A stretch of DNA of 64,000 nt from positions 1 through 64,000 of the forward strand of contig JBFMHR010000002.1 in NCBI GenBank assembly GCA_040751795.1, given 5' to 3'. Both the position numbers and the translations under genes were made by a program. Shown one piece after another: positions 1 to 9,300 of the stretch. The notes beneath the pieces were generated by a model, which was given only the letters and a program-made list of their open reading frames with translations, searched no databases and was not told where the DNA came from. Within the stretch, counting starts at the first letter, position 1. Every line of letters starts with the position of its first letter. Source of the stretch: Thermoplasmatota archaeon. Its GTDB lineage: Archaea; Thermoplasmatota; Thermoplasmata; UBA10834.

Positions 1-989
1 TGTATCCTCCCACATATCGGGCACGTCCTGCTGCTGTATCTCGGGTCCACCTTGACGACGGGGACCCCTCTCCACTCCGCCTTGTACTCGATGATCTGGT
101 GGAGCTTCCTCCTGGGCCATGAGCTCAGGCGCCTGTTGAGCACCTTGTCCCTGCCTCGCCTGGGGGCGCCCCGCAGGTCCTCCAGCACTATGGCCGCCTT
201 CTCATCCTCGGCGAACCTCAGCACGGCGTCCGCCACCTGGTGCATCCGGTGCTCGACCCTGTCGTGCTCCCTCCTGCCCTCGCGCCTGCACAGGCGCCTC
301 GAGGTGCGCCTGTCGTGGGCCTTCTTCCTCTGGAGCCTCCTGCGCCTGTCGTGGTGCCTGGACTGGATCTCCGCGACGTCCGAGTAGTCGGCCTTGACGG
401 GAGTGATGCGCTCCTTGCTGGCGAGCACCCCGTCCATGCTCCTCTCGTTCGTGTCGAGGGAGAGGACCACCTCAGGCTCGTACGGCCTCGGCGCCCCCTT
501 CCTGAAGGCTATGACCACCCTGTCCGGGAGGAGCGTGAGGGACCCGAGGGCCAGGGAAGGGTCGTCCAGGTACCTGCGGTGGTATCTGCTGACCACGAGC
601 CTGAGTCGGACGTGCAGGCCCGCCCTTATCGGGAGGTCCACGACGCCGTTCCCCCTGTCGAGCTTGTACGCCTGGTTCTCGGCCTTCATCATCGGACGCC
701 TGACGTACGGGACCGCACGGGCCCTCCCCTCCCTGACGCGCCTCCTGTGGTTCCTGAGGACGTTCGCGGCGACCTCGAAGGAGCAGACCAGGTGTTGGGC
801 GTACATCATCGGATGCTCCTTCCGGAAGTCCTTGTATGCCAGTTTGACGAGTGCGTTCCTCGATGTCACCCTCGCCTGGAGCCCCGCCCTGACCGCCTCG
901 TTGACCGCGAGCCGGAAGTCCTGGAGGAGGAGAGCCGCCTCGGGAGGCAGCTCCGAGGCCAGCCTGAATGCGACCCCTCTGACAGGCAT
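1..989 (-). CDS. tnpB: TnpB / Cas12f-like RNA-guided nuclease (IS200/IS605 OrfB), 3' end beyond the window edge
   Basis: Manual translation from ATG 989 (MPVRGVAFRL...) is open to position 1. It contains RuvC-I VLSLDTNERS, an Arg-rich helical segment, RuvC-II AIVLEDL, WPRRKLHQIIEYKAEWRGVPVVKVDPRYSSRT and the Zn finger CPICG. Absent from the ORF track because it has no stop in the window. Confidence 0.9.
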   Translation of the reverse strand, partial: MPVRGVAFRLASELPPEAALLLQDFRLAVNEAVRAGLQARVTSRNALVKLAYKDFRKEHPMMYAQHLVCSFEVAANVLRNHRRRVREGRARAVPYVRRPMMKAENQAYKLDRGNGVVDLPIRAGLHVRLRLVVSRYHRRYLDDPSLALGSLTLLPDRVVIAFRKGAPRPYEPEVVLSLDTNERSMDGVLASKERITPVKADYSDVAEIQSRHHDRRRRLQRKKAHDRRTSRRLCRREGRREHDRVEHRMHQVADAVLRFAEDEKAAIVLEDLRGAPRRGRDKVLNRRLSSWPRRKLHQIIEYKAEWRGVPVVKVDPRYSSRTCPICGRI

Positions 990-1025
990 GGATGAAGAGA
1001 GAGGCTTCAGTATATAACGGCCCAG

Positions 1026-1064
1026 CGGCTGCATGTAGCCAAAGGGCGTGTCTTCAGGCACGCC
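1026..1064. mobile_element. Candidate left-end hairpins of an IS1341-like (tnpB-only) element
   Basis: GGCT-GCATGT-AGCC and GGCGTG-TCTTCAGG-CACGCC stem-loops just upstream of the tnpB TATA-like box (~1010-1018); no tnpA on this side. Confidence 0.4.
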
Positions 1065-1145
1065 AGATGGTCTTGACCACCCGGATCGTGACAGAACCCT
1101 GGCCAACAAAGGTTTAAGAAAGAACTTGGCATTATGCGCATTCAA

Positions 1146-1258
1146 GCGGGGATGGCCCAGCCCGGCAAGGCGCTGGATTGCTATCCCGTTCCTTCCGGAA
1201 CCGGCAAACATCCAGTGCTCGAAAGAGCTCGGGGGTTCAAATCCCCCTCCCCGCGCCA
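1146..1258 (+). tRNA. tRNA-Ser(GCU) with a 26-nt intron at 37/38 (1184-1209), CCA encoded
   Basis: Acceptor GCGGGGA/TCCCCGC-G-CCA; anticodon arm CTGGA-TT-GCT-A^...^A-TCCAG; long variable arm GCTC-GAAA-GAGC; T-loop GGTTCAAATCC; BHB central helix TTGC/GCAA with 3-nt bulges; TTTAAG box at ~1113. Confidence 0.95.
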
Positions 1259-1363
1259 CCTTCCTCCCATCTCCATGCCGCTCGCCTGGAACGCCTCCGG
1301 ACCATGTGAGCCGTCAGGGTCCGGCCCATTCTATATTGCACGTGCACGGCGATTGTCCCGGCC

Positions 1364-1690
1364 ATGGCAGACATGACCTCCAAGGTCTGGGTCCCGAACG
1401 TGCAGCTGCTCGTCACCGCCGCCGCGCTGTTCGGCCTGCTCGCCGTGGGCACCGTCGTCTACCACCACATCGAGGGGTGGTCGTGGTCGACGTCGTTCTA
1501 CTTCACGGTGTGCACGCTGACAACGATAGGCTACGGCGACGTGGTCCCGACGACCGAGTCCTCCCGGCTCTTCACCGCGCTCTTCGCGTTGGCGGGAGTG
1601 TCCATCGCCCTCGCCTCCTTCGGCATAATCGGGGCGAGCTACCTGAGGCGCGGGCAGGCGATCCTCGAGAGGATGGGGAACGGCGGGTGA
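1364..1690 (+). CDS. Minimal 2-TM potassium channel (KcsA-like)
   Basis: Selectivity filter TTIGYGD between two hydrophobic helices; 108 aa; no RCK domain. Confidence 0.9.
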   Translation: MADMTSKVWVPNVQLLVTAAALFGLLAVGTVVYHHIEGWSWSTSFYFTVCTLTTIGYGDVVPTTESSRLFTALFALAGVSIALASFGIIGASYLRRGQAILERMGNGG

Positions 1691-1883
1691 CGCGGCCGGG
1701 GCCCGTTCGAGACGCCCCTCCGGCGAGCGTTTAGGAGTGCTCCTGGGCGCGGGGCCAGTTGGCGCTGTCCACCCCTCGAAGCTCTTCCGAGCAGCTCAGG
1801 TATTCTTATATAGTGTCACGGCATTGGCGCAAAACCGGGACAGAGGGTCCGGGTGTCAGCCGCGGTCACAGGGTCGGCCTGGC

Positions 1884-3992
1884 ATGGCGGGCAAGTACAG
1901 GGGGAAGAGACACTTGGTGTCGGGGCTGGAGCGGACGGCAGTTGGCTCGCTTGTGGCTGGAAGACGCGCGGTCTGCGTTGGATTCGCCCGTTCTCTGAAA
2001 CCCCTCCTCGTTCTGATTCTCACGCTATCGATCTGTATGGCCTTCACCTCGCTGCACGCGGCTCTCTTGCCGGATGGCGACGACGGCGATAGCAGCCGGG
2101 CAAGACTTCTGGCGACGACCTTGGTCGACTTCTCAGCGAGCCCGTCGAGGGCGTACGTGGGCGACACGATCACGTTCTTCGCGAACGCATCGAGCGATGT
2201 CTCCCCCGAGCTGACGTTCACCGTGTACTTCGACAGCCTCCTGGCCAGCTACGCGAACAACACCCAGAGCCCTGTGTACTCGACCACCGCCGGGAACCCT
2301 GGGTTCATGACCACCACCTATGCGTACGACCACCTGGGCAACCTGTCAAGCGCCTCGGGCACCTACTTCAGGGCGAAGCTCTACGTGGGGGATGGCACGA
2401 ACACTGTCTCGACATCCATCTCGGTCTACATAGTCGATAACGCGGCACCGACCTTCACCCTCAAGCTGCCCGGCAACGTCGACGTCTCTGTCGACGTGCC
2501 CGTCTCCTTCGCGACGACCGTCGCCGATGTCGACGACGACCCACTTGTCGTGACATGGGATTTCGGTGATGGGTCCGACCTCGCAGTGAACACAACCGGG
2601 CCCAGCGCCGATGGCGTCACAGTGGTCCAGTCCCATTCGTGGTCCCCCTATCTCGAGCCCGGCCTCGGAGACTACTTCATCTACTACTGGATGAACCTGA
2701 CGGTGGAGGATGATGCGGGCCACTCAACAGAGTCATCGACCAAGATCTCGATTTACATCCCGTACAACTTCGCCCCAGTCGCGACATTCTTCGTGAACAG
2801 CACGGCCGTGGACCCCGATGACATTGTGATGCTCCACTCGAGCGTCACGGACAGGGAAGGCGACTCGCTGACGTGGACCTACGAGTTCCGCAACGACACC
2901 GGGCTCTACAACACCGTGGTGCATAAGACACCCGCGACGGCAGACAATACGACGCTATGGAACAACATGACACACCAGTTCTCCCAGCCAGGGAACTATA
3001 CCGTCACGTTCTGGATATCGGACGTCCTGGACCCGGACCTGCAGGTGTTCCCGGACAACTCCTCCAAGACCATCGCTATCACCTCTGCACTCAACTACGC
3101 GCCTCAGCTCCAGGCCAACATATCCTTCTCACCTCAGCTGATCTACCTCGACGAGGCGTCCGGAATCGCGGTCGCCCAGCTCTCGATCGAGGGATACGAC
3201 CCCGATGGGGACGTGGTCTACGCCACATGGGGCTTCGGGGACGGGTCCGACCCAGGGCAAAACACCTCAGGGGGTACGCGCCTCCCATACAAATTCGTGC
3301 AGATTCACGAGTACGTTGAGTCTGGAATGTACAATGTCTCCTGCGCCGTGACGGACGGCCGGGAGGGGCACGAGGTCGTCAGGTACCTGTCGCTCGTCAT
3401 AAGGTCGAACAACAGCGCCCCCGAATGGATGGGCCTCACGAGGACGCTGTCCAATGGTACCTTTGCGACGGCCAACACGAATGTCACCCTCACCCTCACC
3501 GTCTCCGACGAGGAGATGGACCGCGTCAGGATCGGATGGTCGTTCGGCGACAACTCGTCGCTGATCATCACCGAGGTGTCGGAGTACGATGAAGACGGGA
3601 ACGGGACCAGCACCGTCCAGCACGTCTACACCGCGCTCGGGGACTACACGGTCGTCATATGGTTCACCGACGACAAGTTCGACAGCGAATGGCACAACGA
3701 CTCGCGCAATGTGACCATCTCCGTTCGGACCGCCTGGGTCAAGGAGGTCATAGTGTGGGACGCTTGGGACTATATCAGCCTCTCCTTGTTCCTCGGAGCC
3801 ATAGCCTCTGTGTTCATCTATGCCTGGTTCGCGAGCAGGTTCAGGAAGAATCTCGACTCGAAGGGCCTGACCTACGACGAATACAAGATCATGAGGCGGG
3901 AGAAGGCCGAGGCGGAGCGCGCCAAGCAAGGTTCCAAGGCCGCCCCCGAGCAGAAGACGCCGTCCAGAGATGGCAAGGAAGGAGGGAGGTAG
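1884..3992 (+). CDS. Membrane-anchored multi-PKD-domain surface protein
   Basis: N-terminal hydrophobic segment, about 5 PKD-like repeats (WDFGDGS, WGFGDGS, WSFGDNS), many N-x-S/T sequons, C-terminal TM helix and basic tail. Start uncertain. Confidence 0.8.
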   Translation: MAGKYRGKRHLVSGLERTAVGSLVAGRRAVCVGFARSLKPLLVLILTLSICMAFTSLHAALLPDGDDGDSSRARLLATTLVDFSASPSRAYVGDTITFFANASSDVSPELTFTVYFDSLLASYANNTQSPVYSTTAGNPGFMTTTYAYDHLGNLSSASGTYFRAKLYVGDGTNTVSTSISVYIVDNAAPTFTLKLPGNVDVSVDVPVSFATTVADVDDDPLVVTWDFGDGSDLAVNTTGPSADGVTVVQSHSWSPYLEPGLGDYFIYYWMNLTVEDDAGHSTESSTKISIYIPYNFAPVATFFVNSTAVDPDDIVMLHSSVTDREGDSLTWTYEFRNDTGLYNTVVHKTPATADNTTLWNNMTHQFSQPGNYTVTFWISDVLDPDLQVFPDNSSKTIAITSALNYAPQLQANISFSPQLIYLDEASGIAVAQLSIEGYDPDGDVVYATWGFGDGSDPGQNTSGGTRLPYKFVQIHEYVESGMYNVSCAVTDGREGHEVVRYLSLVIRSNNSAPEWMGLTRTLSNGTFATANTNVTLTLTVSDEEMDRVRIGWSFGDNSSLIITEVSEYDEDGNGTSTVQHVYTALGDYTVVIWFTDDKFDSEWHNDSRNVTISVRTAWVKEVIVWDAWDYISLSLFLGAIASVFIYAWFASRFRKNLDSKGLTYDEYKIMRREKAEAERAKQGSKAAPEQKTPSRDGKEGGR

Positions 3993-5015
3993 ATGCCGAC
4001 CAGCCATTCCATGAGGAGGATGCTCCTGAAGCGGAGCATCAACGTGGTGATCACGATACTCGGGATAATGACCCTGAACTTCTTCCTGATACACTTCATG
4101 CCCGGCGACCCGATCGCCAACATGATACCGAGGGACCCGAAGTTCCCGGAAGAGCTGAAGTGGGCCCTGATGGAGCAGTTCAACCTCAACGACTCGCTCC
4201 CTGTCGCGTACATCACGTACATGAAGAACACATTCACGGGGGAGTGGGGTGAATCTTACATCGAACGTCGTCCTGTGTTCGACATAATCATGGGCGATAT
4301 GCGGTGGACCGTCCTCCTCGTGGGGACCGCGACGATCATCACGCTCCTCCTCGGCATGGTCGTGGGGGCCTATGCCGCGTATAGGCGCGGCGGCGCCTTC
4401 GACCTCTCGTCGAACGGCATACTGCTGTTCTTCTACGGCATGCCCATCTTCTGGTTCGCGCTGATCCTCCAGCTGCTGTTCAGCAGCTACCCGTTGGGAA
4501 TGAACTGGTGGCCCCAGCTCCCGACGGGCGGGTACTTCGACACGCTGGACCCCGAACTCGGCTCCACCTTCCAGTGGACCATCCCCCACATCCTCAGCGT
4601 GATGAAGTACATGATTCTGCCCGCAACCACGATGGCGATAGGCTCCCTTGCAGGCGTCGCGCTCGTGATGCGGAGCTCATTGATCGACGTCATGACCGAG
4701 GACTTCATCATGACCGCGAGGGCCAAGGGCCTAACGGACTACCAGGTCCTGAGGCACCACGCCATGAGGAACGGCATGCCCCCGATGGTCGCGCTCATCG
4801 CGATGAGCATCGCCTTCATAATCGGCGGGGCCTACCAGGTAGAGGTGATCTTCAACTACAAGGGGATAGGCTATCGGACCCTATCGGCCATAGGGAACCG
4901 CGACTTCCCGATCCTTCAATTCATAGTCGTGATTGGTGGCGTGGCGGTCGTCATAGCGAACTTCGTGGCGGACCTGGTCCTCGTGTACATCGACCCGAGG
5001 GTCAAGATCGTGTGA
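3993..5015 (+). CDS. dppB: Peptide ABC transporter permease (DppB/OppB family)
   Basis: FFLIHFMPGDP N-terminus; EAA-like loop DFIMTARAKGL; DPRVK end. Confidence 0.92.
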   Translation: MPTSHSMRRMLLKRSINVVITILGIMTLNFFLIHFMPGDPIANMIPRDPKFPEELKWALMEQFNLNDSLPVAYITYMKNTFTGEWGESYIERRPVFDIIMGDMRWTVLLVGTATIITLLLGMVVGAYAAYRRGGAFDLSSNGILLFFYGMPIFWFALILQLLFSSYPLGMNWWPQLPTGGYFDTLDPELGSTFQWTIPHILSVMKYMILPATTMAIGSLAGVALVMRSSLIDVMTEDFIMTARAKGLTDYQVLRHHAMRNGMPPMVALIAMSIAFIIGGAYQVEVIFNYKGIGYRTLSAIGNRDFPILQFIVVIGGVAVVIANFVADLVLVYIDPRVKIV

Positions 5016-5022
5016 GGTGAGG

Positions 5023-5982
5023 ATGATGTCCGCAACGTGCAACCCGACACCGTCCGGCGCCAGGCAGCCCGCAACCAGCGAGACGCCCCTCCCCAGCGTC
5101 ACGGCCGTCAAGTTCCATCTCTTCGTGAAGCGCGTGATGAAGATCATGAAGCAGGTCTCGAAGAACCCCATGGGGGCCATAGGGATGGTGATCCTCTGCT
5201 TCTTCAGCTTCATAGCCGTGTTCGGCCCGACCCTGGCGCCATACGAGGTCGATGCGAGCAGCCTGGGTCAGTTCACCCCGATGCTCCAGGAGTCGCCGGA
5301 GCACTGGCTCGGCACTGATACGGAGGGTTACGACATCTTCAGCTCGCTCCTCTACGGGGCCAGGACCTCGATAATCGTCGGCATATTCGCGGCGCTGATA
5401 TCCTCCTTCCTAGGGGCGGTCATAGGCCTATACTCGGGGTACGTGGGAGGGTGGAAGGACGAGGTGGTCATGCGCGTGAACGACGTCGTCCTCTCGATTC
5501 CGTGGCTCGTGCTGATGATCATCATAGCCGCCTTCGTCGGGGAGATCAACCTCATGGGCATCATCCTCATAATAGGGTTCACGGGATGGTCCGGGACATC
5601 GAGGCTGGTCAGGGCCCAGGTCATGTCCATAAGGGAGCGACAGTACGTCGAGCGCGCGAAGGCCATAGGCGCGGGCGACTGGCACATCATAGGCCACCAC
5701 ATACTGCCTAACGTGTTCCCTCTGGTGTTCGCCAACACCATCCTCACCGTCGCCGGCTCGATCCTCGCGGAGTCGACCCTGAGCTTCCTGAAGATGAGGC
5801 CCATAGGGTCGGTCACATGGGGCTCGATGCTGTCCTACGCCCACGAGGGCATGGCCTTCCAGATAGGGCTGCCCTGGTGGATCATAGCGCCTGGCCTCTG
5901 CATCGTCGTCCTCGTCCTGGGTTTCACGCTCCTCGGGTACGCTCTCGACGAAGTGATGAACCCGAAGCTGAGGAAGCGCTAG
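5023..5982 (+). CDS. dppC: Peptide ABC transporter permease (DppC/OppC family)
   Basis: HWLGTDTEGYDIFS, YVERAKAIGA, HILPN, NPKLRKR; GAGGTGA SD upstream. Confidence 0.92.
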   Translation: MMSATCNPTPSGARQPATSETPLPSVTAVKFHLFVKRVMKIMKQVSKNPMGAIGMVILCFFSFIAVFGPTLAPYEVDASSLGQFTPMLQESPEHWLGTDTEGYDIFSSLLYGARTSIIVGIFAALISSFLGAVIGLYSGYVGGWKDEVVMRVNDVVLSIPWLVLMIIIAAFVGEINLMGIILIIGFTGWSGTSRLVRAQVMSIRERQYVERAKAIGAGDWHIIGHHILPNVFPLVFANTILTVAGSILAESTLSFLKMRPIGSVTWGSMLSYAHEGMAFQIGLPWWIIAPGLCIVVLVLGFTLLGYALDEVMNPKLRKR

Positions 5983-6342
5983 TCTCGATGCGGGACATGA
6001 GCACCGGCCGAGCAGGTCCGTCGGACCTCCCCGGAGGCGGCAGCGTCCGCTCCGGACACGCCCTCATTTGGGATCCTCAAAGGGGTAGCCAGCATGCGGT
6101 TTTTCTCCCTTGTCGAATCGAAAGAGGTTTATAGCGCATTGCAGTTACATCGCGTGTCCTTCTGCGAGGGTATGGGGGAATCAAGACTGCTCTCGGAACC
6201 ACAGGGGCGGGACAGAGTGTTCTATCATGAGCCGGGAGGCCGGGAGGGGAATTCCGGCCTGCTGTGTTCTGCACTGTCTGTGTCCGGCCCGCGTGATGAA
6301 TCCAGAAGGGCGACATAGGGAGACGAGGAGGAATGTGAGGGT

Positions 6343-9300
6343 ATGACAGGTTTTAGAGGGACAAGGATCGCTGTCTTGAGCGCGCTGGTCTTTGCAGTAC
6401 TGATGCTCGGAGTGCCCAACTTCATTGCACCCGGGCAGCAGTTCGAAGCAGCATCAGTCGCTCAGGCGGAGGACAAGGAGAGAAGCTTCGTGATTGGGGT
6501 GAGCGAGCTCTCTGTGAGCACGCTGAACCCGAACAAGTACACGATGGTCGGAGAGGGCATGGTGATATTCCCATGCTACAGCACACTGCTGCAGTACAAC
6601 CTCGACATGGAGGTCATCGGCGACCTGGCGGAGGAGTGGAGCTGCTCGAGCGACGGACTCACATGGTACTTCAAGATAGTGGACAACGCCTACTTCTGCG
6701 ACCCGGCCGCGCCCACGGTGAGGGACCCGACGCGCCTTCTCACCGCCGAGGACGTCGAGTTCACCTTCTTGGCGCTCCAGGGAGAGACGGACAGCAGACT
6801 GCACACGTACTTCCCTGACGACCTGATAACCGACTTCAACATTATCAACGACTTCGAGTTCGAGATCACCATCGGCAGACCCCACGCGACGATAATGGAG
6901 TCGTGGTTGGGCGCGATGATCCTGCCGAAGTACTACTGGGAGGGCGAGGACTTCCTGCTCTTCGACAACGCCCCGCCGATCGGCTCAGGGGCGTTCTACT
7001 ACGGCATGGACGGCCTGCCCGAGAGCGGCCAGTGCGACCTCATCAAGAACCCGATATGGTACGGCGAGGACAACCACGGCTGGCAGATGCACGTGGACAA
7101 ATGGATCATTAAGGAGGAGTTGGAGGACACCACCGCCTGGCAGGATGTCACGGAGGGGACGATAGACGTCATGCTCGGAGTGAACCCGGAGCTGTACACG
7201 AACAGCTTGCTGCCACCGAAGTACACGCCATACGTTGTGGGATTCCAGCAGTGCAACGGCTTCGTCTACGAGTTCAACCTCAACCAGATGAGCGATGAGC
7301 TCAGGCAGGAGCTCGGAGGGTCCTTCACGAGCGGCACCAACAACCAGCTCCTTCTCGACCCGACGATCAAGCTGGCGATGTCCTACTGCGTCGACAAGGA
7401 CGGGTTCATAGAGGACGTCCTGTGGGGCCTCGGGCAGTACGCGGACTCCCTGGTGGGCCCGCAGAACCCCGGGCACTACTGGTACCCGGACCCGGACCCG
7501 TACGACCCTGACGCCGCCAGGCAGATGCTCTACGACGATGGCTGGAAGTATCGGCTCGACACCACTCTCATCGAGCCGGACGACCCCGACTACGACAACG
7601 AGGACTCGGACGGGGCTAAGGGATACTACCCGCTGTGCAAGGTGGGTGGTACCGACCCGCTCGCATTCGACTTCGTGACCCTGAACACGGACAATCAGTG
7701 GTCCATGGGCGCCAAGTACCTCGTGAACTCCACCAGGCTCGGAGGCTTCGACCTCGACCTCGCGATCGAGAGCGTCTCCGACATGAACTCCAGGTGGTAC
7801 CAGGCGGACTACGATGTCTGGCTCTGGGACTGGGTGATCGGCACGACCGCGGACCCCGTCTCGACGATGGAGATCTTCACGGAGGACGGCATCGGCACCG
7901 ACCAGGACGTGTACTGGGTCAATGAGACCTTCGAGGAGGTCTACGCCGAGGCCATCATGACCGTCGACACGGCGGCTAGGAGGACGCTGACGGACCAGCT
8001 CCAGGCCCTGGTGTACGAGATGCGCGGCTGCCAGACCCCTGCCTACAGGGACGAGTTGTACGCTGTCAACGTTATGGAATGGGCGTACGCCAGCCTCGGC
8101 GACTGGAACACGAGCTACTTCCTCTTGCCGGACATATGGCCGTGGTGGCTGGCGATGCAGCTTTACCCCAACGAGAACAACGCCCCGGATCTGTTCACAT
8201 ACCCTGACGCTGTGGAGGCGCTCGTGGACGAGGAGGAGTACTTCTCGGCGGACGCGGACGATGACGACGACGCCACGGCCCTGGAGTACAAGTGGTTCTG
8301 GGGCGACGGGACGACAAGCACCTGGAGCTCTTCGGGCAGCGCCTACCACACATATGACGAGGACGGCATCTATCAGGCAGACGTGGCCGTGAGGGAGGCG
8401 TCCAGCTCGAAGGGTTTCGAGGACTACTTCATGGTCTCGAAGGGCTTCACCGTCACGGTGAGGGACGAGAGCAATGACGCGCCGACGATAACGGCGATGA
8501 CTTGCGCCCCCGCCGACCCGGACACTGGCACACAAATGTGGTTCAACTCGACGGCGACCGACCCCGAGGGTGATGAGATCTACTACACATGGACCTTCGG
8601 AGATGGCCACACCGCATATGGCCAGAACGTGAGGTACCAGTACACCGAGGACGGCGGATATGACGTCGTGCTTTCAGTGGATGACCACCGCGTCGGTGTC
8701 GCAGGCTCGAGGCCCGTGACGAACGGCGCATACGTGGTCGTGTCGCAGAACGGACCACCTACTATCACCGTCGACGACTACCCCGATATAGAGGCCAAGC
8801 AGACGGAGACATACACTGCCCTGGTATCGGACCCGGATCCGAGGGATGTCCTCAGGTACACATGGCTATGGGGCGACGGGGAGGTCACCGTCACGGATGT
8901 GCCTACTGCTGACCACGCCTACAACAGCAGAGGAGTCTACACGCTCGTTGTCTGGGCGGACGACATGACCGACCTCGACGGGCACAACAGATCCGACAGC
9001 GCCCTGGTGGACGTCGTGTCCATGGCCCAGAACAAGGAGCCTGTGATCACCGACTACATCGTGTCCAACACAGCCCCGTACACCGGCGAGGAAGTCACCT
9101 TCACCGGCGTCGCGGCGGACCCGGACGGCAACGCCCTGACTCTGACGATAGCCTTCGGCGACGACACCTTCGCGGTCGAGAGCTTCGACCCCTCGGCGGA
9201 CAACACGGAGAGGACGATCGAGGCCACGCACGTCTACGATGACGCCGACACATACACCACGTACTTCTACGTGTTTGACGGGATAGACAACGTCTCGTCG

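Noticed and set aside
52-1017. Plus-strand ORFs 52-387, 240-995 and 394-1017
   Set aside because: Antisense shadows of tnpB; no motifs.
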